From the NCBI GenBank assembly GCA_963668645.2, contig CAXXWC010000019.1:128001-192000 (forward strand): a DNA stretch of 64,000 bases, given 5' to 3'. The notes below the pieces were generated by a model, which saw only the letters and a list, made by a program, of their open reading frames with translations, was not told where the DNA came from and ran no database searches. The position numbers and the translations under genes were made by a program. Source of the DNA: Desulfobacterales bacterium. Its GTDB lineage: Bacteria; Desulfobacterota; Desulfobacteria; Desulfobacterales; UBA2174. Below, one piece after another: positions 1-11,526 of this stretch; within the stretch, counting starts at the first letter, position 1; every line of letters begins with the position of its first letter.

Positions 1-1104
1 CGGCTGCCATGTGCGGCCTTCCGGGGCGTCGAGAAAGGCACGTGCCAGTATCCACCGCCGGGTCTGGTTGGCCAGGGAAGCCAGGACCTGCAGCGGATGG
101 GTTTCGGCGCCCAACAGGGAGTCGAGGGCCTGCAGGGCCTGATCGAGACGGCCGTCGCCCACGGCCCCGGTGAGGGCATAGATCGGGTCCTGCCTGCTGC
201 GCGACAGGACCCGGCGTACATCCGCAGCCTGGATTTCGGACCTCTCCCCTGTATAATCGATCAGTTTCTCGAGGCTCTGGGTAAATCCGCGCAGGTCGAA
301 ACCGGTCATGTCCATTAAGGCAGCCCAGGCCTCGGGCCCCATCCTTTTGCCCCTGGGGTCCAGAATGGCATGCATCTGCCGTTGCAACACCCGTTGCTGG
401 ATGTCGCGATCCGCCTTGCGGTCGCCCCCGGGCACGGTGCAGTCCACCACCACCCCTGCCGTTTCGAAGGCTTTGTAAAGCTTGCGGCGCCGGTCCACGC
501 TTTCGGCCGTCACGATAAGGTGATGGCCTGGGGGAAATCCCCGTTCCAGGGCGTGCGCCAGGACCTGTGCGTCCCCTTCGCTCACCGGCACCTTGAGCTC
601 CTGCCGGCGGCACCAATCGACCAGCGCGGCGAGCCATTCGTCCGCTTCGGAATCCATCTCCGCGGCGATGAGAAGACGCCGCCGGGCATCGGCGTCCATC
701 TCGTCCAGTTCCAGGCGATGGAATCCGAGCACCACCATCAACGCCTTGGCGCCCTTGTCGGGGCGGTCTTCCTGGTGGGCGGCACGGGCCTTTTCAAGAA
801 AAGCGCGGCTGTCCATGGCGTCGTGAAACACCCGCGCCTCGGAGAGCACCACCACCTTGGGGTCGCCGAGCAGCGAATAGGTATTGACCCGCGCCAGGGC
901 CTCGTTGACCGCACCGGCCGTAGCGCCTTCGATCCGCTCGATCTGGTGGGCGCCCGGGTTCTGTCCCAGCAGCTGCCGGCACAAATCGCCGGCAGCTTTC
1001 TGGCGCAGCATCTCCTCGCCGTGAATCAGGTATACCGGTGCGCCGGCCCCGGCCTTGAGGCGTTTGAGATGGTCCGCGAAAAGATCGTGAGACACTTCGG
1101 TCAT
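1..1104 (-). CDS. holA: DNA polymerase III subunit delta (3' end runs off the window)
   Basis: Not in the ORF track; translated by hand from ATG 1104 and open to the window edge. Reads MTEVSHDLFADHLKRLKAGAGAPVYLIHGEEML...VNTYSLLGDPKVVVL...SLEKLIDYTG...DPIYALTGAV...HPLQVLASL, matching HolA motifs. Confidence 0.85.
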   Translation of the reverse strand, partial: MTEVSHDLFADHLKRLKAGAGAPVYLIHGEEMLRQKAAGDLCRQLLGQNPGAHQIERIEGATAGAVNEALARVNTYSLLGDPKVVVLSEARVFHDAMDSRAFLEKARAAHQEDRPDKGAKALMVVLGFHRLELDEMDADARRRLLIAAEMDSEADEWLAALVDWCRRQELKVPVSEGDAQVLAHALERGFPPGHHLIVTAESVDRRRKLYKAFETAGVVVDCTVPGGDRKADRDIQQRVLQRQMHAILDPRGKRMGPEAWAALMDMTGFDLRGFTQSLEKLIDYTGERSEIQAADVRRVLSRSRQDPIYALTGAVGDGRLDQALQALDSLLGAETHPLQVLASLANQTRRWILARAFLDAPEGRTWQP

Positions 1105-1173
1105 GGCGTCACGGGATGTGCAGAACGATTGGGGCCGGACATCTTCATGCCGAATCCGACGATCCTCGATCCC

Positions 1174-1677
1174 CTAATCGTTTTGCCCGTCCGGCAGGCG
1201 GTCACCCAGCATCAGCACCACGAAGACGCCGATGCCGACCGTGATGGCGCTGTCGGCCACGTTGAAGGCCGGCCAATGATAGCCACCGACGTAAACATCC
1301 AGAAAATCGACCACTTTTCCCATACGCAGGCGGTCGATCAAGTTGCCCACGGCGCCACCGAGAATCAGGGCAAAGGCCGTCGCCAGCCATGGGCGGCCCG
1401 GGGGCATGCGGTGGTAGTAGGCCAGGATCAGGCCGATGGCAAGGGCCGTGGCGGACAGAAAAAGGCCGGTTCGCAGCATCGACCCCTGTGCGGCCAGAAA
1501 CCCGAAGGCTCCCCCGGGATTGTGCAGATGGACGAGGTTGAAAAAACCGTCGATCACCGGGATGGTGTGATACAGGGGAATCCTGGCCTGCACCAGCAGC
1601 TTGGTGGCCTGGTCGCCGGCCAATACGGCGCCGGCCACCAGCACCAGCCAGAGGTATTTGCGCTGCTCAGGTCTCAA
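1174..1677 (-). CDS. lspA: Lipoprotein signal peptidase II
   Basis: DQATK, NPGGAFG, GAVGNLIDR, VVDF and WPAFNVADSAI motifs; directly downstream of ileS. Confidence 0.97.
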   Translation of the reverse strand: MRPEQRKYLWLVLVAGAVLAGDQATKLLVQARIPLYHTIPVIDGFFNLVHLHNPGGAFGFLAAQGSMLRTGLFLSATALAIGLILAYYHRMPPGRPWLATAFALILGGAVGNLIDRLRMGKVVDFLDVYVGGYHWPAFNVADSAITVGIGVFVVLMLGDRLPDGQND

Positions 1678-1687
1678 GGCGCCTCTC

Positions 1688-4483
1688 TCAGGGGCCGATC
1701 TGGTCCAGGGCCGCCCGGCAGCGCGGGCAAACCGCTCCGTCCACGCCCACCTGCGGATGGTGAATCCAGCAGCGCGGGCACTTTTCGCCTGGGGCCACCG
1801 TCACCACCAGGTGAAGATCGGTCACGTCCCCGGCGGCCACGGCCTCCTGCGGGGCCGGATGATCACTCAGATCGGCGGCCGAGACGATAAACAAGGTGGC
1901 CAGATCCGGGGCAAAGTGCTGGAGCCGCTCCAGGGTGGCCCCGCCGGCGTGGAGGGTCACGGCCGCATCCAGGGCGTGGCCGATCCGCTTTTCGGCCCGG
2001 GCGGCTTCCAGGGCCCGGGTCACCTCGCCGCGCACTTCCAGCAGAAAATTCCAGCGTTCGGCCAGGGCGGAATCCTCCCAGCGCGCATCGGGCTCGGGCA
2101 GCAGGGTCATGTGGACCGAGCCGGGTGCACTGTCCCCGCTCTGGCCGGGCCGATGCTGCCAGAGCTCCTCGGCGGTAAAGCAGAGCACCGGCGCCATGAG
2201 GCGTATGATGGTATCCAGGATGATGGCCATGGCGCTCTGGGCGCTACGCCGATCGGCCGAGGCGGGCGGCGAAGTGTAGAGACGGTCCTTGAGCACGTCG
2301 AGATAGAACGCCGACAGATCCACCACGCAGTAGTTGTGCAGGGCGTGGTAGATGGTGTGAAACTCGTAGCGCTCGTAAGCCCGCCAGCATTTGCGCACCA
2401 GCTCCTGGAGCCGGTGCAAGGCGAACCGGTCGATTTCGTGCATCGCTTCGGGACCGAGCCCGTCGCGGGCCGGATCGAAGTCGTACAGGTTGCCCAGCAT
2501 GAAGCGGCAGGTATTGCGGATGCGCCGGTAGGCGTCGCTGAGCTGCTTTAAGATGCTGTCCGAAATGCGCACGTCCTCGCGGTAGTCGGCGGCCGAGACC
2601 CAGAGGCGCAGCACCTCGGCTCCGAATTGGCGGATCACCGCTTCCGGGGCCACGACATTGCCGATGGACTTGGACATCTTCTTGCCTTCGGCATCCACCA
2701 CGAACCCGTGGGTCAGCACCGCCTTGTAAGGGGCCCGCCCGCGGGTGCCCACCGCGGTGAGCAGGGCCGAGTGAAACCAGCCGCGGTGCTGATCGCTGCC
2801 TTCCAGGTAAAGATCGGCAGGCCAGGTCAGCCCCTCTCTTTGCTCCAGCACGGCCGCGTGGCTGACGCCCGAGTCGAACCAGACATCCAGGATATCGGTC
2901 TCCTTGACGAATTCGCCGTGGCCGCAATGGGGGCAAACCGTACCCGGGGGGAGCAGTTCGGCGGCCGTCTTTTCGAACCAGACGTCGGCCCCGTGGGCCT
3001 CGAAGGCCTGATAGACGCCTTCCATGGCCGCCGGGTCGGTGATGACCTGCTCGCAGCTGGCGCAGTAGAACACCGCAATGGGCACACCCCAGGCCCGCTG
3101 GCGCGACACGCACCAATCCGGCCGGTTTTCGATCATCCCGTAAATCCGCTCGCGGCCCCAGGCGGGGATCCAGGACACCGTGTCGATGGCATCCAACGAT
3201 TTTTGACGCAGCCCGGTGCGGTCCATGGAAATGAACCACTGGGGGGTAGCCCGGAAAATCACCGGCTTTTTGCAGCGCCAGCAGTGGGGATAGCTGTGGT
3301 GGATGGTGCGCCGGGCCAGCAGGACCCCGCGCTGCTCGAGCTGGGCCATGATCCGGGAGTTGGCTTCGAACACGAATTGTCCGACCAGCTCGGGCACCTC
3401 GCCGGTAAAACGGCCGAAGTCGTCCACCGGCGAATAGCTTTCCAGACCGTAGGTCAGGCCAACTTCGTAATCCTCGCGGCCGTGGCCCGGCGCGGTATGC
3501 ACGCAGCCGGTACCGGCCTCCAGAGTCACGTGGGTGCCCAGGACGATAAGCGACTCACGGTCGTAAAGCGGATGGCGGCAGCGCTTGCGTTCGAAGTGGG
3601 CTGCGGCAAAGCGCCCCACGATCCGGTAATCGGAAATCTGGAAAATCTGCATGCACCCGTCCACCAGATCTTCGGCCATGATGAGCACCTCGGATCCGGT
3701 GTCCACTGCGGCGTAAATAAAATCCGGGTGCAATGCCACGGCCAAGTTGGCCGGGAGGGTCCAGGGCGTGGTGGTCCAGATCACCATGGAAACCGGACGC
3801 CCGGCCGTATGCGGCTCCAGCTCGGGAAGATCGTCGATCATGGGAAACTTGACGAAAATCGACGGTGAGCTCTCGTCGGCGTACTCGATCTCGGCTTCTG
3901 CCAGGGCGGTCCGGCAACTGCAGCACCAGTGAATCGGCTTTTTGCTGCGAAACAGGCTGCCGTCCACGGCGAACTTGAAGCATTCGCGGGCGATGGTGGC
4001 CTCGTAGCGGTAGTTCATGGTCAGGTAGGGGTTCTCCCACTCGCCCATCACTCCGAGACGCTTGAACTCGTTGCGCTGCACGTCGATGAAGCGCTCGGCG
4101 TAGACCCGGCAGCGCCGGCGCACGTCGGCCTGGCTCATGGTAAGCTTGGCCGCGCCCAGCTCCTTGTCCACGTTGTGCTCGATGGGCAGCCCATGGCAAT
4201 CCCAGCCCGGCACGTAGACCGCATCGAAGCCGCCCATCTGGCGGCTGCGCACGATGATGTCCTTGAGGATCTTGTTCATGGCCGTGCCCATATGGATATG
4301 CCCGTTGGCGTACGGGGGCCCGTCGTGCAAAATAAAAGCCGGCCGGCCGCTGGAAGCCTCGCGGATCCGGGCGTAAAGATTTTCATTTTCCCAACGTTGG
4401 AGTTGTTCGGGCTCCCGCTGGGCCAAATTGGCTTTCATGGGAAAAGCGGTTTGGGGTAGATTAAGGGTCTTTTTGTAGTCCAT
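1688..4483 (-). CDS. ileS: Isoleucine--tRNA ligase
   Basis: Start [18 protein letters not shown] (ATG 4483); [14 protein letters not shown] and KMSKS motifs; C-terminal CPRC...CPRC zinc finger. Confidence 0.98.
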   Translation of the reverse strand: MDYKKTLNLPQTAFPMKANLAQREPEQLQRWENENLYARIREASSGRPAFILHDGPPYANGHIHMGTAMNKILKDIIVRSRQMGGFDAVYVPGWDCHGLPIEHNVDKELGAAKLTMSQADVRRRCRVYAERFIDVQRNEFKRLGVMGEWENPYLTMNYRYEATIARECFKFAVDGSLFRSKKPIHWCCSCRTALAEAEIEYADESSPSIFVKFPMIDDLPELEPHTAGRPVSMVIWTTTPWTLPANLAVALHPDFIYAAVDTGSEVLIMAEDLVDGCMQIFQISDYRIVGRFAAAHFERKRCRHPLYDRESLIVLGTHVTLEAGTGCVHTAPGHGREDYEVGLTYGLESYSPVDDFGRFTGEVPELVGQFVFEANSRIMAQLEQRGVLLARRTIHHSYPHCWRCKKPVIFRATPQWFISMDRTGLRQKSLDAIDTVSWIPAWGRERIYGMIENRPDWCVSRQRAWGVPIAVFYCASCEQVITDPAAMEGVYQAFEAHGADVWFEKTAAELLPPGTVCPHCGHGEFVKETDILDVWFDSGVSHAAVLEQREGLTWPADLYLEGSDQHRGWFHSALLTAVGTRGRAPYKAVLTHGFVVDAEGKKMSKSIGNVVAPEAVIRQFGAEVLRLWVSAADYREDVRISDSILKQLSDAYRRIRNTCRFMLGNLYDFDPARDGLGPEAMHEIDRFALHRLQELVRKCWRAYERYEFHTIYHALHNYCVVDLSAFYLDVLKDRLYTSPPASADRRSAQSAMAIILDTIIRLMAPVLCFTAEELWQHRPGQSGDSAPGSVHMTLLPEPDARWEDSALAERWNFLLEVRGEVTRALEAARAEKRIGHALDAAVTLHAGGATLERLQHFAPDLATLFIVSAADLSDHPAPQEAVAAGDVTDLHLVVTVAPGEKCPRCWIHHPQVGVDGAVCPRCRAALDQIGP

Positions 4484-4846
4484 GGGGCCTCCGCTGACGG
4501 TATCTTGAAGCAAGCTGAATCGGTCAGAAATAGAATGATGCCTTGCGCCTGTCAAGGGTCTTGGCTCGTCTGGCAGCAAATCCGACTGAAACCGGAATGG
4601 CTCGGGTCGGGTTGAAAAAACGACGGGGCCCTTTGACACCCGTCGCCATCCTGTCCAGATTCGAGACCCAACGCTTCCGTCCCCTTGGTGAAACCGGCAA
4701 TCGCCCGGCGCGCCCCCTTCCGTTGACAATCGTGGCCCGCTTCGACTAAGAAATAGAAAAATAAAAATTCGCTTTTTTAGCCCGGCATCCCGAACAGGGA
4801 CGGGCCTGGGCACATCCCATCGCCATGGAACGGAAAGGAACGCATC

Positions 4847-5239
4847 ATGAAGCGTGGATGGATCTTGGCAGTACTGCTGGCGGCCGCTTCGATCACAAGC
4901 GGCTGTGCCGCCTTGGTTGTTGGCACGGGTGCCGCGGCGGGGGTTTACAGCTATGTGGAGGGCGAACTGCGCCGGGCCTACCCCAACGACGCCCAGGAGA
5001 CGCTCGCCGCTTGCCGCCAAACGCTGGAGCAGTTACAGATCCGCATCGAAAACGAAACCACCGACGGGATCAAAGCCACCATCGAAGCCAAGCGGCCGGA
5101 CGGCACGCCGGTCACCGTCAAGGCCACGATGCTCTCGCCGCGGGTTACCGAAGTTGGCGTCCGTTCCGGGGTCATCGGCCTTTGGGACAAACAGATCTCC
5201 GAATTGATCCATTCCACCATTGCCAAACGTCTCCTCTAG
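4847..5239 (+). CDS. Predicted lipoprotein, DUF3568-like
   Basis: Signal peptide with lipobox-like TSGC, then Gly/Ala-rich [20 protein letters not shown] upstream. Confidence 0.7.
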   Translation: MKRGWILAVLLAAASITSGCAALVVGTGAAAGVYSYVEGELRRAYPNDAQETLAACRQTLEQLQIRIENETTDGIKATIEAKRPDGTPVTVKATMLSPRVTEVGVRSGVIGLWDKQISELIHSTIAKRLL

Positions 5240-5270
5240 CGCTGCCGCCCCATCGGGCCGTGCGGCCGCC

Positions 5271-6749
5271 ATGGCCCGCCAGACCACGGCGCGCTTTCTC
5301 GCCGACATTGAAAAAAGTATCGTAAACCATGGCATGCTCGCCGCCGGGGATGCGGTTCTGGTCGCCGTCTCGGGCGGGCCCGATTCGGTGGCCCTGCTCC
5401 TTGCCCTCGGGCAACTGGCCCCGGCACGGGGCTGGCGCCTTACCGCGGCCCATCTGCACCACGGACTGCGGGGCGCGGCCGCCGACGCCGACGCCCGCTT
5501 CGTCACCCAACTGACCCGGCGCCTGGGTGTGGCCCTGATCACCGAAAAGGTCGACACCCAGGCCGAAGCCCGCCGCCGCAAGCTCTCCATCGAAACCGCC
5601 GGCCGCCGTTTGCGCTATCAATTCTTGAACCGTTGCGCCCACCGGCACGGATGCCGGCGCATCGCCCTGGGACATCATTGCAACGACAACGCCGAACTGG
5701 TGCTGATGAACCTGATCCGCGGTGCCGGCCCCCTCGGCCTGGCGGCCATGCCGCCCGTGCGCGACCGGCGCTTCATCCGGCCCTTGCTGGACGTCGACCG
5801 GCGGCGGATCCTGGCTTTTCTAAACGCCATGGGCGCGGCCTACCGCGAAGACGAGACCAACCGCCATCTGCACCACACCCGCAACTGGGTCCGGCGGGTC
5901 CTGCTGCCGCTGATCGCCAAGCGGATCAATCCGGCCGTCGTGGCCGCCTTGAACCGCACGGCCGCCATCATCCGAGACGAAGAGGACTGGCTGGCATCGC
6001 TGACCGGCGACCTTTTCGAGCAGGTGGTGCAATCATCTGAACCCCAACGGGTCGCGCTCCATGCGGCCGCCCTGGCCCGGCTGCATCCGGCCGCGCAGCG
6101 GCGCGTTTTGCGCCACGCCCTGGAGCGGGTTTACCCGGACCGCCACAGCATCCGCCACGACCATATCGAGGCTATCAGCGCCCTGGCCCAGGTTCAGGCC
6201 GGGCCGCGGCGGCTGCACCTGCCCCACCGCATCGAGGTGGTGGCCGACGCCCGATCGATCCTTTTGCACCGTTCGACGACCCCTTTGCGCCAGCCCCCGC
6301 CCCCCGCGCCGGCATTCTGCTACGAGGCCGCCGGGCCGGGTGTTTTGCATCTGGTCGAACTGGCCCTGACGGTGGAAATTTCCATCCGCCAGACCCCGCT
6401 GCCCGCCATGGGCCTTAGCGCTGGACAGTGGTCCGCCTTTTTTGATATGGGTGCGATCAGCTTCCCTCTGGTCGTGCGCAGCGTCGTTGCTGGCGACCAC
6501 TTTCGCCCCTTGGGGGCCGGCGGGACCCAAAAGGTGGCCAAGTTCTTAATCGATCACAAGGTCCCGCGGTCGCTTCGCTGCACGTATCCAGTGGTTGAAA
6601 GCAATGGCAAAATCGTCTGGCTGGCCGGCTTGCGCATCGCCGAAGGGGTCAGCGCCGTAGCCGCAAGCCCCCGTGCCCTGGCACTGGTCTTCCGGCCGGC
6701 CGACCCGTCGCCTGCGACCGGCCCAACATACAAGGAACCTTCCGAGTGA
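5271..6749 (+). CDS. tilS: tRNA(Ile)-lysidine synthetase
   Basis: PP-loop VAVSGGPDS, HLHHGLRG, GHHCND and IRPLL motifs; overlaps the ftsH start. Confidence 0.95.
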   Translation: MARQTTARFLADIEKSIVNHGMLAAGDAVLVAVSGGPDSVALLLALGQLAPARGWRLTAAHLHHGLRGAAADADARFVTQLTRRLGVALITEKVDTQAEARRRKLSIETAGRRLRYQFLNRCAHRHGCRRIALGHHCNDNAELVLMNLIRGAGPLGLAAMPPVRDRRFIRPLLDVDRRRILAFLNAMGAAYREDETNRHLHHTRNWVRRVLLPLIAKRINPAVVAALNRTAAIIRDEEDWLASLTGDLFEQVVQSSEPQRVALHAAALARLHPAAQRRVLRHALERVYPDRHSIRHDHIEAISALAQVQAGPRRLHLPHRIEVVADARSILLHRSTTPLRQPPPPAPAFCYEAAGPGVLHLVELALTVEISIRQTPLPAMGLSAGQWSAFFDMGAISFPLVVRSVVAGDHFRPLGAGGTQKVAKFLIDHKVPRSLRCTYPVVESNGKIVWLAGLRIAEGVSAVAASPRALALVFRPADPSPATGPTYKEPSE

Positions 6750-8662
6750 ATCCTTTTTACAAGAATCTCGCCCTGTGGCTGGTCATCACCCTGATGATGA
6801 TCATGCTCTATAATCTTTTCAATCAGCAACACCTGAGCGAGACGACCATCGGTTACAGCGAGTTTCTCAATCTAGTGGAAAACGAGCAGGTCGCCGAAGT
6901 CTTGATCCAAGGTCAGGAGCTGATCGTCAAGGACACCAACCGCAACCGCTACAAGGTCTTCGCCCCCCAGGACAACGATCTGATCGGTACTTTGCGGCGC
7001 AAGGGGGTCGCCATTTCGGCCAAACCACCGGCCGAATCCCCCTGGTACATGTCGGTCCTGGTTTCGTGGTTTCCCATGATCGTCCTGATCGGGGTGTGGA
7101 TCTTCTTCATGCGCCAGATGCAAAGCGGGGGCGGCAAAGCCATGAGTTTCGGCAAGAGCCGCGCCCGGCTGCTCAGTGACCAGCAGGCCAAGGTGACCTT
7201 CGCCGACGTGGCCGGCATCGACGAGGCCAAGGAGGAGCTGAGCGAAATCGTCGAATTTCTCAGCGACCCGAAAAAATTCACCCGTCTGGGCGGACGCATT
7301 CCCAAGGGGGTGCTGCTCATGGGATCGCCGGGCACCGGCAAGACCCTGCTGGCCCGGGCCATCGCCGGCGAAGCAGGGGTTCCCTTTTTTTCCATCAGCG
7401 GCTCGGACTTCGTCGAGATGTTCGTCGGAGTGGGCGCCAGCCGGGTGCGAGACCTGTTCGTCCAGGGCAAAAAGAACGCCCCCTGCATCATCTTCATCGA
7501 TGAGATCGATGCCGTCGGCCGCCATCGGGGAGCCGGGCTGGGCGGCGGGCACGACGAACGCGAACAGACCCTCAATCAACTGCTTGTGGAGATGGACGGC
7601 TTCGAGTCCAACGAGGGGGTCATCCTGATTTCGGCCACCAACCGACCCGATGTGCTGGACCCAGCCCTGCTGCGCCCCGGGCGCTTCGACCGCCAGGTGG
7701 TCGTGCCGCTGCCGGATATCGTGGGGCGTGAAAAGATCCTGAAGGTCCACATGAAAAAATCGCCCATCCATGAGGACGTGAGCGTCAAGCGCCTGGCCAA
7801 GGGGACCCCCGGGTTTTCCGGGGCCGACCTGGAAAACCTGGTCAACGAGGCGGCTCTGCTGGCCGCCAAGCGCAACAAGGAACGGGTCGACATGGTCGAC
7901 TTCGAGGATGCCAAGGACAAGGTCTTCATGGGCCTGGAGCGCAAGAGCAAGGTCATGCGCGAGGAAGACAAACGCACCACCGCCTTTCACGAGGCTGGCC
8001 ATGCCTTGGTGGCGCGCTTTTTGCCCAACACCGACGCGGTCAACAAGGTGACCATCATTCCCCGGGGCAGGGCCGCCGGGATAACCTGGTTTCTGCCCGA
8101 AGAGCGCGACTTCAAATACAAGGATCAGCTCGAGAGCGAACTGGCAGTCGCCTTCGGGGGCCGGGCCGCCGAGGAGATCGTATTTAGCCGCATCAGCACC
8201 GGGGCGGCCAACGACATCAAGCAGGCCACCGAACTGGCCGAACGGATGGTGCGCACCTGGGGCATGAGCGAGGTTCTCGGCCCGTTGTCGTACGCCAAGG
8301 GCGAGGAGCAGGTCTTTTTGGGCCGCGAAATCGCCCAGCACCGGGACTACAGCGACGAGACGGCCCGGCGCATCGACGAGGAGATCCGCCGTCTCATCGA
8401 GGGGGCCTACACCACGGCCAAGGATGTGCTGCGCAATAATCGGGACGTTCTCGATGCCCTTTCCGAGCGTTTATTGGAAAAAGAGACCGTTCTGGGTCAG
8501 GAACTCGATGAGATGATCCTTGCCATGCGGCCAGGATTCGTCTTTCCCTCCAAGGGGTTCAGCGACGACGTTGAGGAAACCGAGGAGAAAACCGCCGAAG
8601 CCGCCCCCCCACCGCCGGACGAGCCCGCCGAAGGCCAGGAGCCGCCCGAAGGCCATGCGTAA
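6746..8662 (+). CDS. ftsH: ATP-dependent zinc metalloprotease FtsH
   Basis: Two TM segments, Walker A GSPGTGKT, Walker B IFIDEID, HEAGH zinc motif. Confidence 0.98.
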   Translation: MNPFYKNLALWLVITLMMIMLYNLFNQQHLSETTIGYSEFLNLVENEQVAEVLIQGQELIVKDTNRNRYKVFAPQDNDLIGTLRRKGVAISAKPPAESPWYMSVLVSWFPMIVLIGVWIFFMRQMQSGGGKAMSFGKSRARLLSDQQAKVTFADVAGIDEAKEELSEIVEFLSDPKKFTRLGGRIPKGVLLMGSPGTGKTLLARAIAGEAGVPFFSISGSDFVEMFVGVGASRVRDLFVQGKKNAPCIIFIDEIDAVGRHRGAGLGGGHDEREQTLNQLLVEMDGFESNEGVILISATNRPDVLDPALLRPGRFDRQVVVPLPDIVGREKILKVHMKKSPIHEDVSVKRLAKGTPGFSGADLENLVNEAALLAAKRNKERVDMVDFEDAKDKVFMGLERKSKVMREEDKRTTAFHEAGHALVARFLPNTDAVNKVTIIPRGRAAGITWFLPEERDFKYKDQLESELAVAFGGRAAEEIVFSRISTGAANDIKQATELAERMVRTWGMSEVLGPLSYAKGEEQVFLGREIAQHRDYSDETARRIDEEIRRLIEGAYTTAKDVLRNNRDVLDALSERLLEKETVLGQELDEMILAMRPGFVFPSKGFSDDVEETEEKTAEAAPPPPDEPAEGQEPPEGHA

Positions 8663-9530
8663 AGCTTACATTATCGAATGGAACGGTCGCCGCCTCGATC
8701 TCGGGCGGCGCACCTGTGTCATGGGGATCGTCAACGTGACCCCGGACTCGTTTTCCGACGGCGGCCGTTTTTTCGACGCAGACGCCGCCGTGGCCCAGGG
8801 ATTGCGCCTGGCGGCCGAAGGGGCCGACATCCTGGATGTGGGCGGCGAGTCGACCCGTCCCTTCTCCGATCCGGTCGCCCCGGAAACCGAAGCGGCCCGG
8901 GTGGTTCCGGTGATCGAAGCCCTTGCGGCACGGGTGGATGTGCCCATCAGCATCGACACCATGAAAACCGATGTGGCCCAAAAGGCCCTGGCAGCCGGTG
9001 CATCGATAATCAACGACGTTTCGGCCCTGCGTTACGATCCGCGCATGGCCGAAGTGGCCGCCGCAGCCCGGGTTCCCGTGATCCTGATGCACATGCTCGG
9101 CAGCCCCAAGACCATGCAGGTCGATCCTTGCTATGGGGACCTGCACGCCGAAGTGGCCGCCTTTTTGGCCCAGGCCATTGACCGGGCCGTAGGCGCCGGA
9201 ATCCATCGAAGCCGCCTGATCCTCGATCCGGGGATCGGCTTCGGTAAAACCGTGGCGCACAACCTCTCTCTGGTGGGCCATCCGGAGCGCATTGCGGCCC
9301 TGGACGCCCCGCTCCTGGTCGGCCCTTCTCGCAAGGCGTTCATCCGCACCCTGCTGGCCCAAGACGCCGACTCTCCCCCGGCGCCGGACGCCCCCCAGGT
9401 TGCCGTGGGCACCCAGGCCGTGGTGACCGCTGCGATCCTGGCCGGGGCCCATATCGTACGGGTTCATGATGTCGCGCAAACCCGGGCCACGGCCCGTATC
9501 GCCGACGCCCTGCTGCAAGCGCAAAAGTGA
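8655..9530 (+). CDS. folP: Dihydropteroate synthase
   Basis: MGIVNVTPDSFSDGG, GGESTRP, DPGIGFGK and SRK motifs; ATG 8655. Confidence 0.96.
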   Translation: MRKAYIIEWNGRRLDLGRRTCVMGIVNVTPDSFSDGGRFFDADAAVAQGLRLAAEGADILDVGGESTRPFSDPVAPETEAARVVPVIEALAARVDVPISIDTMKTDVAQKALAAGASIINDVSALRYDPRMAEVAAAARVPVILMHMLGSPKTMQVDPCYGDLHAEVAAFLAQAIDRAVGAGIHRSRLILDPGIGFGKTVAHNLSLVGHPERIAALDAPLLVGPSRKAFIRTLLAQDADSPPAPDAPQVAVGTQAVVTAAILAGAHIVRVHDVAQTRATARIADALLQAQK

Positions 9531-9540
9531 GACGCATCCC

Positions 9541-10332
9541 ATGCTCCTGGTTATCGACGTCGGCAACACCAACACCGTCATCGGCCTTTACAGCGGCGAG
9601 ACACTGATCCACGCCTGGCGCATCCGCACCGAACGCAACACCACCGAGGATGAACTCAACGTGCTGCTCGCCGGCCTGCTGACCACCGGCGGCATCGCCA
9701 CCCAAACCATCGCACGCACCATCATTTCCAGCGTGGTGCCGCCCATGGCCAACATCCTCAACGCCTTTTGCCGCCGCCACCTCGGCCATGCCCCGCGTTG
9801 GGTCGACCCGCGCCAAGTCGCGCCCATGCCGATCCTTTACAGCAATCCGGCCGAAGTGGGCGCCGACCGGATCGTCAACGCCGTGGCGGCCTATCACCGG
9901 TACCGCCAGGGGCTGATCGTCATCGATTTCGGCACCGCCACCACCTTCGATGCCATCTCGCCCAAAGGGGAATACCTGGGCGGCGCCATCAGCCCCGGAA
10001 TCATGATCAGCGCCGAGGCCTTGTTCATGAAAGCCAGCAAACTGCCGCGGGTGGAAATCTTCACCCCCCCCCAGCGGGTGGTGGGCAAGGACACGAGTGC
10101 CAGCATCCAGTCTGGACTGATCTTCGGTTATGCCGGCTTGGTGGATGGCCTGGTGAGGCGCATGCATGCCGAAATGGGGATTCCGGTCAAAGTCCTGGCT
10201 ACCGGGGGGCTGGCGCCGTTGATGGCCGAGGTGGCCGAAACCATCCAAGCGGTGGAGCCGGATCTGACCCTCGAAGGACTTCGGCTCATCGACCTGATGA
10301 TGACGACCCAAAAGGCCCTCACCGATCTGTGA
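9541..10332 (+). CDS. coaX: Type III pantothenate kinase
   Basis: MLLVIDVGNTN, EVGADR, VIDFGTATT and ATGG motifs. Confidence 0.96.
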   Translation: MLLVIDVGNTNTVIGLYSGETLIHAWRIRTERNTTEDELNVLLAGLLTTGGIATQTIARTIISSVVPPMANILNAFCRRHLGHAPRWVDPRQVAPMPILYSNPAEVGADRIVNAVAAYHRYRQGLIVIDFGTATTFDAISPKGEYLGGAISPGIMISAEALFMKASKLPRVEIFTPPQRVVGKDTSASIQSGLIFGYAGLVDGLVRRMHAEMGIPVKVLATGGLAPLMAEVAETIQAVEPDLTLEGLRLIDLMMTTQKALTDL

Positions 10333-10359
10333 AGACTTCCAAAAGAAGCCGCATACCGG

Positions 10360-11289
10360 CTAGCCGGCTTGTTCTTGCAGGTATCCGACAACCCCGCGAA
10401 TGCTGTTGTTCAGAAAACCGGCTTCACGGCGTTGGGTTGCGGCAGGCATAGCGGCAAAAGGTGCCAGGAGGGGATCGGATCCCAGCAGGCGCTGGCGGCA
10501 GGCGTCGATCAGGGCCGAACCATCGAGGCCGGCTTGCATCGTCTCGGCCACCAGGTTACGCCATAAGAGCAACTGGCGGCGGTGGGCCGCCAGCAGGCGG
10601 GGGCCGTCTTCGCTCAGACCGAAGTGGCCGTAACAAAACCGGGCGTGGCCGATGGACGAGAGCCGATCGATGCTTTCCAGGTGGGTTTCGAGAAAGAAGC
10701 GCGGTGGGGTGGCCGGCCTCAGGTACTGTGCACCGCCTATGTCGTAAAACACCCCTCCGGCCTCTCCGGCGAACAGCACGTCTTGCACCAAAAAACTGAC
10801 ATGATGGGGGGCATGGCCCGGGGTGGCCACCGCGCTCAGGCCCCCAATGCGGCATGTTTCGGCATCCACCAACCGTTCAGCCGCTACCGGTCGGATCTCA
10901 CCGTAAGCACGGGCCGTGGCACCGAGGGTTTTGAGACTGCCTTGCCACAGGCGCGCGGGGTCGGTCAGATGCTTGATGGCGCTGCGGTGGCAAATTACCG
11001 GGACCGCGGGCCAACGGTCGCAAAGATGCCCCACGACACCGGCATGGTCCAGGTGGATGTGGGTTAACAAAATGGCATCCGGCTGCCCGATGCCCAGCGC
11101 TTCCAGCCCCCGCATCAACCGTTCCAGGCCGGCGGCCGGTCCCGGATCGACCAGGAGTATCGGCGGTCCCTGCCAGAGCCAGGCGCTGATAAAATCGGTA
11201 AAGCCATCCAGTTCCGGTTGATCCAAAACGATCTGAAACAAGCCGGGGCCCGCGGGCCGCAAAACCCCGTCCCAAACGGCCGCCATCAT
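10360..11289 (-). CDS. MBL-fold metallo-hydrolase
   Basis: THIHLDHAG, TPGHAPHH and YGHFG motifs. Confidence 0.85.
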   Translation of the reverse strand: MMAAVWDGVLRPAGPGLFQIVLDQPELDGFTDFISAWLWQGPPILLVDPGPAAGLERLMRGLEALGIGQPDAILLTHIHLDHAGVVGHLCDRWPAVPVICHRSAIKHLTDPARLWQGSLKTLGATARAYGEIRPVAAERLVDAETCRIGGLSAVATPGHAPHHVSFLVQDVLFAGEAGGVFYDIGGAQYLRPATPPRFFLETHLESIDRLSSIGHARFCYGHFGLSEDGPRLLAAHRRQLLLWRNLVAETMQAGLDGSALIDACRQRLLGSDPLLAPFAAMPAATQRREAGFLNNSIRGVVGYLQEQAG

Positions 11290-11438
11290 TTCTCCGCAAT
11301 GCCCATACGGAGTTCCAGGGCGTTGATCTGGGTTAGAATTTCCTCGCGCTCGGCAGCCGTCAGATCGGCTTCGGCCAAACGGCGCCGCAAGCCGAGCAGC
11401 AGCATCTCCTCGCGATAGTCGGCACAAGTATAGGTCAT
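11286..11438 (-). CDS. Small hypothetical protein (50 aa)
   Basis: MTYTCADYREEMLLLGLRRRL...; RBS AAGGAG upstream; ATGA overlap with the downstream hydrolase. Confidence 0.65.
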   Translation of the reverse strand: MTYTCADYREEMLLLGLRRRLAEADLTAAEREEILTQINALELRMGIAEK

Positions 11439-11526
11439 GGAACGGTGCTCCTTTTCAACTCTCAACGCTTGTCCCGGAGTGCCCTGATTCATATTGCACC
11501 GGCATGCCTTCGGGAAAGTCCTGCGG

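Noticed and set aside
370..1890. Long plus-strand ORF (506 aa) and similar long antisense ORFs, e.g. 6872-8341, 41469-43619, 35679-37478, 53095-54678
   Set aside because: Shadow frames opposite well-supported genes, as expected in high-GC DNA; they carry no recognisable motifs.
4484..5020. 179-aa N-terminal extension of IleS in the ORF track
   Set aside because: The family N-terminus [10 protein letters not shown] starts at 4483 with a GGAGG RBS, and the extension overlaps a real divergent gene.
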